This document shows, one piece after another, positions 7,855-16,600 of a stretch of DNA of 32,000 nucleotides (its first letter is position 1; each line of letters starts with the position of its first letter). The DNA comes from Pseudomonas aeruginosa (GTDB lineage: Bacteria > Pseudomonadota > Gammaproteobacteria > Pseudomonadales > Pseudomonadaceae). The stretch lies in the NCBI RefSeq assembly GCF_001457615.1, contig NZ_LN831024.1, forward strand, positions 2,400,001-2,432,000, in the 5' to 3' direction. The translations under genes were made by a program, and so were the position numbers. Below the pieces are notes generated by a model, which saw only the letters and a program-made list of their open reading frames with translations, was not told the origin of the DNA and searched no databases.

Positions 7855-8730
7855 GCCCGACAGCACGGCGGGAGGCGGTGCAGGAGATGCAGGCGCGAAC
7901 CGGCATCTCCGAGCGTCGTGCCTGTCAGTTGATCGGGCTGTCCCGCTCGGTGTTGCGCTACCAGCCGCGAGCCAGTGTGCAAAACACCGAGCTGCAAGCC
8001 CAACTGGTGGAACTGGCCCAGGAGCGCCGGCGCTTTGGCTATCGCCGCCTGCACATCCTGCTGCGGCGTGCTGGCGTGCAGGTCAACCACAAGCGGATCT
8101 ATCGCCTGTACCCGCGCTGCCGGCTTGATGGTGAAACGGCGGCGCCGCCGCCATGGCGTCGCGGTGGAGCGCGAACGTCTGAGTTTGCCGAGCGCACCAA
8201 ACCAGGTCTGGTCGATGGACTTCGTCTTCGATGCACTGAGCACCGGACGGCGGATCAAATGCCTGACGGTGGTCGATGACTTCACCAAGGAGTCGGTCGG
8301 CATCCTGGTGGAGCACGGTATCAGCGGCTTTCGCGTCACACGGGCGCTGGACGAGGTGGCGCGGTTTCGCGGCTACCCGAAAGCGATCCGCACCGACCAG
8401 GGGCCCGAGCTCACCGGCAAGGCACTCGATCAATGGGCCTATCAGCGCGACATCAAGCTGAAGCTGATTCAGCCTGGTAAGCCCACGCAGAATGCCTTCA
8501 TCGAGTCGTTCAACGGTAAGTTCCGGGACGAATGCCTCAATGAGCACTGGTTCTGTTCGCTGGCCGAAGCGAGAATCCGCATCGCGGCCTGGCGGCGGGA
8601 TTACAACGAACACCGACCGCACAGCGCGATTGGCAATCTCAACCCGGCAGAATTTGCTGCAAGTTGGCGAACTCGCCAGCAGCAGCTGAAGCAGGAAAAA
8701 TTAATATCAACCCCAGGGCCTACTAACTAG
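7848..8730 (+). pseudogene. IS3/IS407-group transposase OrfB (DDE integrase core) carrying an additional internal +1 frameshift
   Basis: The N-terminal part is in frame 0 (to ...NHKRIYRLY at ~8111). The rest (RAAGLMVKRRRRRHG...WSMDF...DDFT...RTDQGPE...NAFIESFNGKFRDECL...RPHSAIG) is in frame 1 and ends at 8730. The break maps to the C-run 8111-8113, which is CCC where CC would restore LYRAAGLM. Confidence 0.75.
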
Positions 8731-8734
8731 GCAG

Positions 8735-8759
8735 CGGTACTAAAACTGGGGGCAGGTCA
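8735..8759. repeat. IS right terminal inverted repeat
   Basis: GGTACTAAAACTGGGGGCAGGTCA is the reverse complement partner of 7523-7548. Confidence 0.8.
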
Positions 8760-8908
8760 CAGGAGTTCGCTCCACGCTGAGCTTGCTCTCCCATGCTGGC
8801 TTCAGCTCGAGGAGACAAGGGTGTCTGAGCGACGTTTTCCTACGATGCCTGGTGCGCGAGCGCAGGGCGAGATGCGGCAGGAATGGGATGAAGGTTCACA
8901 GAGAAACC

Positions 8909-8947
8909 AGCGCCCCCTGAGCAGATACCCTCTGCCCGAGGGGCGCT
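8909..8947 (-). terminator. Long hairpin immediately 3' of symE (possible terminator or stabiliser)
   Basis: AGCGCCCC(8909-8916)/GGGGCGCT(8940-8947) forms the outer stem. GCAGA(8921-8925)/TCTGC(8931-8935) forms the inner stem, separated from it by a 4x4 internal loop. It begins 6 nt after the symE stop and is followed on the minus strand by GGTTTCTCTG, only a weak U-tract. Confidence 0.35.
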
Positions 8948-8952
8948 TGGCC

Positions 8953-9177
8953 TCAATCCTCAACTACGTGCATGACAAGGCGCCGCCTGGTGACCTGAAT
9001 GCTCACCTTGCAGCCAACCTCAAAGCCCGCAGCCTCCAGCCGGTCGCCACTCAAGCGCAGGTAGGGAATTTGCCGTGGCTTGCCACGACGTTCCCAATCG
9101 CTATGACGGCTTTCATAGAGCTGGTAGCCGATCGTTAGAAGTCGAGAGTTCGAAAGAGGGGATTTCTGGGTAGCCAT
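8953..9177 (-). CDS. symE: SymE-family type I toxin (AbrB-like fold)
   Basis: The 74-aa product ...LLTIGYQLYESRH...RQIPYLRLSGDRLEAAGFEVGCKVSIQVTRRRLVMH aligns by eye with E. coli SymE ([40 protein letters not shown]). SD AGGAAA lies 5-6 nt upstream of ATG 9177. Confidence 0.85.
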   Translation of the reverse strand: MATQKSPLSNSRLLTIGYQLYESRHSDWERRGKPRQIPYLRLSGDRLEAAGFEVGCKVSIQVTRRRLVMHVVED

Positions 9178-9196
9178 GATTTTTTCCTGTGTAGGT

Positions 9197-9223
9197 AAAA
9201 AACCGCTTGGCTTTCGGGAGCGG
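9197..9223 (-). terminator. Weak Rho-independent terminator candidate 3' of the four-gene operon (also the symE 5' leader)
   Basis: Minus strand CCGCU-cccgaaagcca-AGCGG is followed by UUUUUU (plus-strand A6 at 9197-9202). The stem is only 5 bp with an 11-nt loop. Confidence 0.3.
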
Positions 9224-9342
9224 CTAACCGCCTAGAGAAGGTGTGTTCAGCACCTGGCCGGCAGGGTAGCGAGGGGGCATCCAGGGGTCAAGCGATGGAC
9301 TGCCCGGATCGAATGCCTTACCGCGGCGCCAGCCGGCCCCCC

Positions 9343-10695
9343 TCACAACCCCCTCTGCCGCGCCACCCCCACCATCTCCCGCTGCTCCTCCTCGCCAATC
9401 TCCTTCAACGCCACTTCCCCCACCCCCAGCGCGCGTTCCACGCTGAGTTCGCCGCCCTGGGCGGCGAGCAGGGCCTGGAGGCGTTGGAATTCGCCGCACC
9501 AGAGGGTTTCGATGTCGCGGTCGCGCTGGTTGTCGCGGTTGGCGTTGAGGGCGACGGCGCGCAGTTGCAGGCGGCCGTTGTCGGCCTTGCCGCCGACTTC
9601 CAGGCCGTAGCCGGGGGTGGCGGGTTTGCGCAGGACGACCCTGCCGGTCTGCGCCCAGGCGGTGGCCATGCCTTCGCGGACTTCGTAGCCGAGGCTGGCG
9701 AGGCCCTGGAGCACGGCCTGGCGGCGGGCGAGGGCGGCCTGTTGCTGGAGGTGGGCGGTGAGGATGGCGTTGCATCGCTCGGTGAGTTCGGCGAGTTGCT
9801 GCGGATCGCTGTCGGGCTGGCAGGCGGCGGCGCGCTGGAGCAGTTCGGCGTGTTCGGCGGCGCCCAGGGCGGCGACTTCGCTGGCGAGGTCTTGCAGGTG
9901 TTCCAGGCGCTGGCGTTGCTGCTGGTGTTCGCGGGCGGCCTGGGCGAGGTCGAGGACCAGGCTGTCGAGCAGCAGGTTGCGGCGCTCCGGGCGCTGTTCG
10001 GCTTCGGCGCGTGCCAGTCGCTCGAGGAACGCTTGGGCGCTGGCCTCGCCTTGCAGCAGTTGCAGTTCGGCGATGTGCCGGTCGATGCGCGCCAGGCGCT
10101 GTTCGTGCGGGGCGTCCTGTTGCTGGCGGGCGCGCCACTGTTCCAGGGACATGGGCGTTTCGTCGGTCTTCAGGCGTTGGGCGAGTTCGCGCTGGGCTTC
10201 GCTGAGGCGTTCTTCGGCGGGGGCGCTGGCGAGGGCGGCGAAGCCCTGGGCGAGCAGGGCTTCCGCGTCGTCGCGGAGGACGCCGTCGGCCAGCGTATGC
10301 AGGGTTTGCCGGAGTGCCGCGCTGGCGGCATCGGGCCTGGCGTCGAGGGCCTGGAGCAGGGCGCTGGCGTTTTCCTGGAGGCGGCGGTGTTGCTGGCGCG
10401 TTTCCGCGGCCTGGCGGATGGCGCGCTCTTCGCGTTCGGCGAGGTCGCGCTTGAGGAATTCGCTTTCGATCTTCACCTGTAGTTGCACGTCCAGCCAGCG
10501 TTCCTGTTCGAGCAGGGCGTGCAGGCTGGCGCGGCGGGCGTGGGCGGCGGCGCGCTCGGCGTCGCTGAGCTGGGCGAGCCGGCTGGCCTGGTTTTCCCAG
10601 CGCGCGAGGGCCTTGTCCAGGCGTTGCAGGTCGCGCTCGCAGGTGGCGATGGCTTCTTCCCGGGTGACGATTCGTACGACTTTCGGTCCGCTCAT
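9343..10695 (-). CDS. Coiled-coil protein (450 aa) with small C-terminal globular domain; fourth gene of the operon
   Basis: ATG 10695 overlaps the upstream stop as ATGA (10692-10695). The sequence MSGPKVVRIVTREEAIATCERDLQRLDKALARWENQ... is followed by ~330 aa of A/Q/E/L/R-rich helical repeats. It ends in a mixed alpha/beta-looking segment (GYEVREGMATAWAQTGRVVLRKPATPGYGLEVGG...LWCGEFQRL). Only the last 450 codons of the listed 1212-aa ORF are taken as coding. Confidence 0.7.
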   Translation of the reverse strand: MSGPKVVRIVTREEAIATCERDLQRLDKALARWENQASRLAQLSDAERAAAHARRASLHALLEQERWLDVQLQVKIESEFLKRDLAEREERAIRQAAETRQQHRRLQENASALLQALDARPDAASAALRQTLHTLADGVLRDDAEALLAQGFAALASAPAEERLSEAQRELAQRLKTDETPMSLEQWRARQQQDAPHEQRLARIDRHIAELQLLQGEASAQAFLERLARAEAEQRPERRNLLLDSLVLDLAQAAREHQQQRQRLEHLQDLASEVAALGAAEHAELLQRAAACQPDSDPQQLAELTERCNAILTAHLQQQAALARRQAVLQGLASLGYEVREGMATAWAQTGRVVLRKPATPGYGLEVGGKADNGRLQLRAVALNANRDNQRDRDIETLWCGEFQRLQALLAAQGGELSVERALGVGEVALKEIGEEEQREMVGVARQRGL

Positions 10696-13600
10696 TGGGA
10701 GGCCTCCGCTGCTGCCGTGGGATGGGTTTCCGTGCTGGGCGCCAGGGCTTTCTCGATGGCGGCGCGCAGCCGTGCGCGTTCGTTGTCGCCGTCGTGGTAC
10801 CAGCCCTGGGAGGAAACCCGGTGGAGGTGCGGGATCGCCCGTCGCAGCACCGAGGGGCGCCAGATTTCCCGGGCGCGGGCGCGTTCCAGCAGCGGGTGGC
10901 AGGGGGCGTCGCATTCGATGCCGATGGCGTAGAGGCCGGTGGCCGGGTTCTCGATGGCGAAGTCGAGGCCGAAGGCGTCGCCTTCGCTGGCGGGCGCGGC
11001 GGACCAGCCCAGCGAGCGGATATACTCGCCGACGATCTCGCTGAAGCCGTCGTGCCGCTGGTAGTGCTGGCGGCGCTGGTCGCTGCGGTCGGTTTGCAGG
11101 CGCTCGAGCAGCTGGCCGGTGCCGGCGAATTCGCCGGCGGACAGTGCGCGGGCGTATTCCAGGTAGCCTTGCAGGTAGTCGCGCGGGCTGCTCGGCGAGC
11201 GCTGGGTGCCGAGCATGTCGGAGATGTCGCCGATCGGCATCGAGGTGATCATCACCACCTTGCGCCGCGCGCGGGTCACCGCCACGTTGAGGCGGCGCTC
11301 GCCGCCGGTCTGCCCGAGCACGCCGAAGTTGCGCCGGAAGCTGCCCTGGCCGTTGCGGCCGAAGGTGGAGGAGAAGACGATCACGTCGCGCTCGTCGCCC
11401 TGCACGTTCTCCACGTTCTTCACGAACACGCCCATGTCCTCGCCGTCTTCGCTGCGCTCGCGCTCCTCGCTGTAGGCGGCGCGGAACGTCTCGTCCTGCT
11501 CGGCGCGCAGTTCCAGGCGCTCCTCGATGAGGTCGGCCTGCTTGCGGTTGAAGGTGACCACGCCCACCGACGGCCGCGCCGCGTAGGGTTGGCGCCAGAG
11601 TTCGGCGAGGTAGTCGACGACTCGCTCGGCCTCGCGCTCGTTGCTCTGGTTCTGGTACAGGCCGTTCACCTGGATCAGTTCCAGCGGCTTGATGCGCAGG
11701 ATGTTGGCCTGCGGATGGCGTACCGGCACGCTCAGGCGGTTGCCGTAGAACGAGGCGTTGGAGAAGCCGATCAGCTCGCGGTAGGCCGAGCGGTAGTGGA
11801 TCTGCAGGGTGGTGCTGGGCAGGGCGTTGCGCGCCAGTTGCAGGAGGTCCGGGCAGTCCTTGATCTCGCGGCGGTTCCAGGTGTCCTCGTAGGCTTCGCG
11901 CTGCTCCTCGTCGGCGTCCTCGTCGGGCGCTTCGCCGTCGAACAGTTCGGCCTCGTCGCTTTCCACGCGGCTGGAGAAGAACGCGGTCGGCGGCATCTGC
12001 TTCTCGTCGCCGCTGACCACCGTGACCCGCCCGCGATAGAGGGTCGGCAGGGCGAACTCCACCGGCATCTGCGAGGCTTCGTCGTAGATCACCATGTCGA
12101 ACAGCCCGGCCTTGAGCGGCAGCACGCGGCTGGCCAGGTCGGGGTTCATCAGCCAGACCGGGCGCAGGCTCATCAGGCCGAGTTCGGCGCCCAGCTCGAT
12201 GAACTCGCGCAGGCGCCGCGAGCGCTTGCCGGTCAGGCGGGTGACGTCTTCCCATTGCTTGCGGCTGCCCAGGCGCGCGGCGTCGATGCCCTTGCCGAGC
12301 AGTTCGCGGTTCAGCGCGCGCATCTGCACATCGGCTTCGGCGAGGCTGGCGACCCTGGCCCTGGCTTCGTCCTGGCTGAACAGCAGTTCCGGATTGTCTT
12401 GTTCCAGGCGCTGCTTCCAGCCCAGCCGCGCTTCGCGGTTGAGCATGCGGCGCACCGTGGCTTCGAGTGCTTCGGCGGGAATCGCGTCGAGTCGTTCCTG
12501 GCGCTGGCGCAGCAGGGCCAGGAATTCCAGGTCGGTGGCTTCGAGCTGGCCGGCGCGGCCACGGAAGCGCTGGTAGGCGACCAGTTGCGGTAGCGCCTCG
12601 CGCAGGCGGCCGAGGGCCAGCAGGTTGCTCTGGTTGCCGGCGATGGCGCGGTGCAGCTGTTCCAGCAGTTCGTCGCCGAGCCAGTCGGCGAGCACCTTCA
12701 GTTTGTCCAGGCTGAGCTGGCGTGCGGCCTGGCGGATCAGCGCGGCGTCGAGGTCGCCGAGCAGCGCTTCGAAGCGCTGTTTCTCGCCGGTGAGGATCAC
12801 CGCGTCGAGCTGCTCGGCGCGCGGCGCTTGGGCCAGGCCACGAGCCAGGGTCTGGATCTCGCGCAGTTGCTGGCTGGCGTGGCCGGCCAGGCCGGTCAGT
12901 TCCGGACCGGCATCGGTGGCGACTGTCGCCAGCCCCAGGCTCTGTTGCAGCGCCGCCAGTTGCCGGCGCAGCGGCTGCCACTGGCGCTCCAGGTCGCAGG
13001 CGCCGAGGAGGGCGGCCAGGCGGCTGTCGTCGTCGGCCTCGCCGTGCTCGCGCAGGAAGCGCCGCAGGCGGCCGCGCCGCAGCAGGCGCAGCGGGTTGAG
13101 CCGGGCCAGCCAGGTGCGTGCCTCGAGCACCTGGCGGGCGTGGGCCTGGAAGCGTTCGAGGTTGTTCTCTTCGAGCATGGCGAGGGCCGGCGACAGCAGC
13201 GGCGCATGCCGTTCGAGGTCGAGCTGGCGCAGTTGCCGTTCGATCTGCTCGGCCTCCGCCAGCAGGCCGTCGCCACGGCTCGGCTGTCCTGGCGCGGCGT
13301 CGCGGAACAGCGGCAACCAGTGGGCCAGGCGCTGGCGTTGCTCCTCGCGCAAATGCAGCAGGGTACCGACCTGGCTTGCCAGCCAGGCGCGGTAGGGCGT
13401 CGGGTCGTCGACCTCGAAGCTCGCCGGGTGTTCGTCGAGGGCTTTCTGCCGGGCGTTCTCCGCTTCGCCGAAGGCGCGCAGGCTGTCGGCGAAGGCGTGC
13501 AGGGTGGCCTGGTCGGTGGCGAAGGCGCGCAGTTGCGCCAGCGGGCTGCCTTCGTAGCGGGCCGGTAGCCAGAGGCGGACCAGCGGCGCGCAGTTTTCCT

Positions 13601-16600
13601 CCAGGCGCGCCAGGCTGCCGATGTCCAGCGCCGCCAGGCGCTGGCGCAGGGCCGGGAAGTCCAGCGGCGGCGAGCCTTTCTCCAGCTCGATCAGTTCGCC
13701 GAGCAGACGCCGGTAGCTCAGCCCGGTGGCCTCGTCCACGCGGTGCAGGCTCTGGTGGTAGCGGTCCAGTTCGCCTTCCAGCGCCTCAATACGCGCCGCC
13801 AGGCGCTCGCGCTGGCGCTCCCAGCCCTGGGCGCCGCCGGCGTCGGCGAACAGCGCTTCGAGTTGCTCGCGGATGTTGCGGATCACCGGTTCGCGGTCGC
13901 GGTTGACGTCGTTGAGCATGACGATGCGCTGGCCCAGGCCCTCGGCCACCAGGCGCTTGTGCACCACTTCCAGGGCGGCGTGCTTCTGGCAGACGATCAG
14001 CAGGCTGCGCTGGCGGCCGATGGCGTCGGCGACCATGTTGACGATGGTCTGGCTCTTGCCGGTGCCGGGCGGGCCCTCCACCAGCAGCCCCGGGCTCTGC
14101 CGGGCCTGCAGCACGGCGGCCTCCTGGGACGGGTCGCTGGCCACGGTGAAGTAGCGCTGCAACTCCGGCGGGCTCTCGCGGGCTTCCGGCTCGCCGTTCT
14201 CGCGCAGGCGCAGCGCGGTCTCCAGGCCGGTGCCGGAGGGCGGCAGGCTCTTCAGCTGGCGCAGGTCCTCGCCGATCGCCTGGCCCATGAAGGTGACGTG
14301 GAACAGCACCGCGGCGCAGGCCAGTTGGTCCTGGTAGGGCGTGACCTCGGTGGAACTCGGTGGCAATCCTTCCAGCACCCTAGCACGCGGCGTGGCGAGC
14401 AGGCCGAAGGCATCCATCACATCGGCGGCGCGCAGCGCGGAGCGGCCGAGCAATTCGTCGGCGACCTTGCGCCAGCGCTTGCACGGCTCGGGGCCGAGCA
14501 GGCTTTCCAGGGCCGGGTTGAGGCGCACTTCCTCGCGCTCGCCGTCGAAGGCCAGCGCCACCTGGCCGCGGCTGCCGACTTCCAGTTGCAGCTTCAGCGG
14601 CCACAGCAGCAGCGGCACGATGCGCGTGCGGGTGGTGCCGCGCGGGTCGCGGTTGAGCAGGAAGGGGAAGCCCAGGTAGAGGCCGTCGATGCCGGTGTCA
14701 CGCTTGTACAGCGAGCTTTGCCGGGACAGCGCGTTGAGCCGCACTTCCAGTTGCGGGTTGGCGAGGAAGCTGTCCGGGTCGAGGCTCACCGCGCGGGCGT
14801 TGCGTTGCAGCAGATGGTCGAGCAGGGCGGCGGCGGGGCGTCGCGCGCTATCCAGTTCGTTGAGGTCGATGCGTGGAGTGCTCTTGCCGATGCTCATGCG
14901 CACCAGCGGCCCGCGCATCACCGCGGCGACCACTTTCTTCTCGAAGAAATCGAGGATCTGCGACACGTACTGCTGCTTCTGCGGTTCCAGCCACTGTTCC
15001 GGCGGGATCGCCAGCAGCACCAGGACCCTCGCCAACGGCATGCGCCGCTCCAGGCGGAACTGCTCGGCCCATTCGTCGACCCTGGGCACGCCGCTGCGGG
15101 CGAAGCCGCTGATGCGTTCGTCGACGCGGCGGTACAGCTCCTGCCGCGAGTGCTGCAACAGGCCGCGCGCGGTCTCCGCGTCGAACAGGTGCACATCGGC
15201 GTCGCGGGCCAGGCCGGCGGCTTCCTCGACGATCGCCTCGGCGGCACGGAACTGGCCGATGTTGGCGCTGAGCAGGACGATCAGGTCTTCCTCGGCGATC
15301 ACCCGGCGCTCGGCCAGGGCCAGCAGGCCGGGGTGCTCGGTGTCCGGCAGGAGGCGCTGGCGCTCCTGCCACTGCGCGGCGAGGCGCGCCCGCGAGGTTG
15401 ACAGCAGGTAGATGCGCAACTGTTCTTCGGCAAGTTCGATGTGCTGGTGCAGGGCGCGCTGGCGGACGTTCTCGGCGCGGGTCTTGAGCCGCGACAGCCA
15501 GCTTTCGGTGTGCAACTGTTCGAGCAGGTCGGGCACCGAGCCGCTGATCAGCCGGTAGCCCTCCAGCGGATGCTCCAGCAGCCAGCCGGGGGTGACGATC
15601 TCGCCGCGCTGGATCAGCGGGATTTCCGGGTTCAGCAGCTTGAGCGCCAGCATCAGCCGGAAGTCGTCCTCCAGCCCCTCGTGCTGGGCCACCTGGCGCA
15701 GGCCGGCGAGCAGCCTGGGCGACAGGCCGATGTGCTCGGCCCAGGTGACGATCGCCCCGCGCAGCAGGTGGTCGAGGGCCTCCGCCCAGTGCTCGGCCTG
15801 GGCCGCGGCCAGGGCGAAGACCGTCGGCTTGCGGAAGCGCCGTGCGCCGAGGGCGATGCTGGCGCCTTCGGCGTCGTCCTTTTCGCTGTCCGCCGAGGCC
15901 GGCGCGTCCACCGCCTCGCCGTTCAGCCAGGCCTGTACCTGCGGCCACTGCCAGCGCTGGTGGCGGTCGCGTGCAAGCAGGCCGCGCAGCAGCAGGTGCA
16001 ACTGCGGGTCGAGGTCGTCGGGCAGCGCCACGCCGTTGGCCAGCACGTGGATCAGGAAGGCGTTGGCGTTGACTCCTTCGAAGCAGGCGCCGCGGGTCAA
16101 CTGCTCCAGCAGGATCATGCCCAGGCTCCACCAGTCGGAAGCCGCCGCCACGCCGCCGGCGATCGCCTCGGGGGCCATGTAGCGGCTGGTCTCCAGCGGC
16201 GAGACGATATCCAGGTCGAACTCCGACAGGCGTGCCGAGCCGAAGCCGCTGATCACCAGGTCCAGCGGCTCGTGGCTGCGCACCAGCAGGCTGGCCGGGC
16301 GCAGGTCGCGGTGGCGCAGGCCGGCTTCGTTGAACACGTGCAGGGCGTGGCCCAGCTCGCGGACCACGTGGCGCACCGCCTCGCGGTCCTCCAGCACGGT
16401 GCCGAGGTCGGCGAGGCTGCCGCCGGTGAGCTCCTCGACCACTTCGTAGGCGCGCTCGTCCCAGCGGCCGGTGGCGAGGATTTCCGGTACGTGTTCGCGC
16501 GGCAGGCGGCGGATCACGTCGTAGATCGCCGGGTCCGGCTCGGCGCCCGGGCGATACAGGGTGAGCACCGCCTGGCGGGCGCTTTCCGCGTGTTCGGCCA

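Larger units (their letters stand above)
7523..8759 (+). mobile_element. IS3-family insertion sequence, IS407 group (1237 bp)
   Basis: The ends are TGACCTGCCCCC.../...GGGGGCAGGTCA: imperfect ~25-bp terminal inverted repeats whose first 12 bp are identical. Internally there is the orfA/orfB arrangement with a -1 slippery site. OrfA (MKKRFTEEQILDFLKQAEAGVPVTELCRRHGFSDASFYTWRAKFGG) and the DDE region of OrfB are typical IS407-like. Confidence 0.9.

Noticed and set aside
7519-8763. Target-site duplication flanking the IS
   Set aside because: The flanks are ACGG versus CAGG. Shifting the IS ends by 1-2 nt does not produce a direct repeat either, so none is reported.
8821-9138. 105-aa plus-strand ORF antisense to symE
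   Set aside because: It has no motif and no SD, and it is entirely opposite a well-supported SymE homologue. The region may be transcribed as an antisense RNA, but a protein product is unlikely.
9178-9260. LexA/SOS box upstream of symE (as in E. coli)
   Set aside because: I found no CTGT-N8-ACAG-type sequence on either strand in the upstream region.
10797-10823. HRVSSQGWY near the C-terminus of the giant protein as a possible glycyl-radical motif for the neighbouring activase
   Set aside because: The canonical signature is R-V-x-G-[FWY] with the Gly directly after the small residue. Here two extra residues intervene. The segment also lies in the REase-like domain rather than a glycyl-radical C-terminal loop, so the resemblance is probably fortuitous.
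10696-12981. The upstream ~760 codons of the listed 1212-aa minus-strand ORF (9343..12981)
   Set aside because: This part is Arg/Pro/Ala/Gly-rich low-complexity sequence in an alternate frame of the well-supported 2098-aa helicase gene. Only the last 450 codons (from ATG 10695, ATGA-coupled) look like a real protein.
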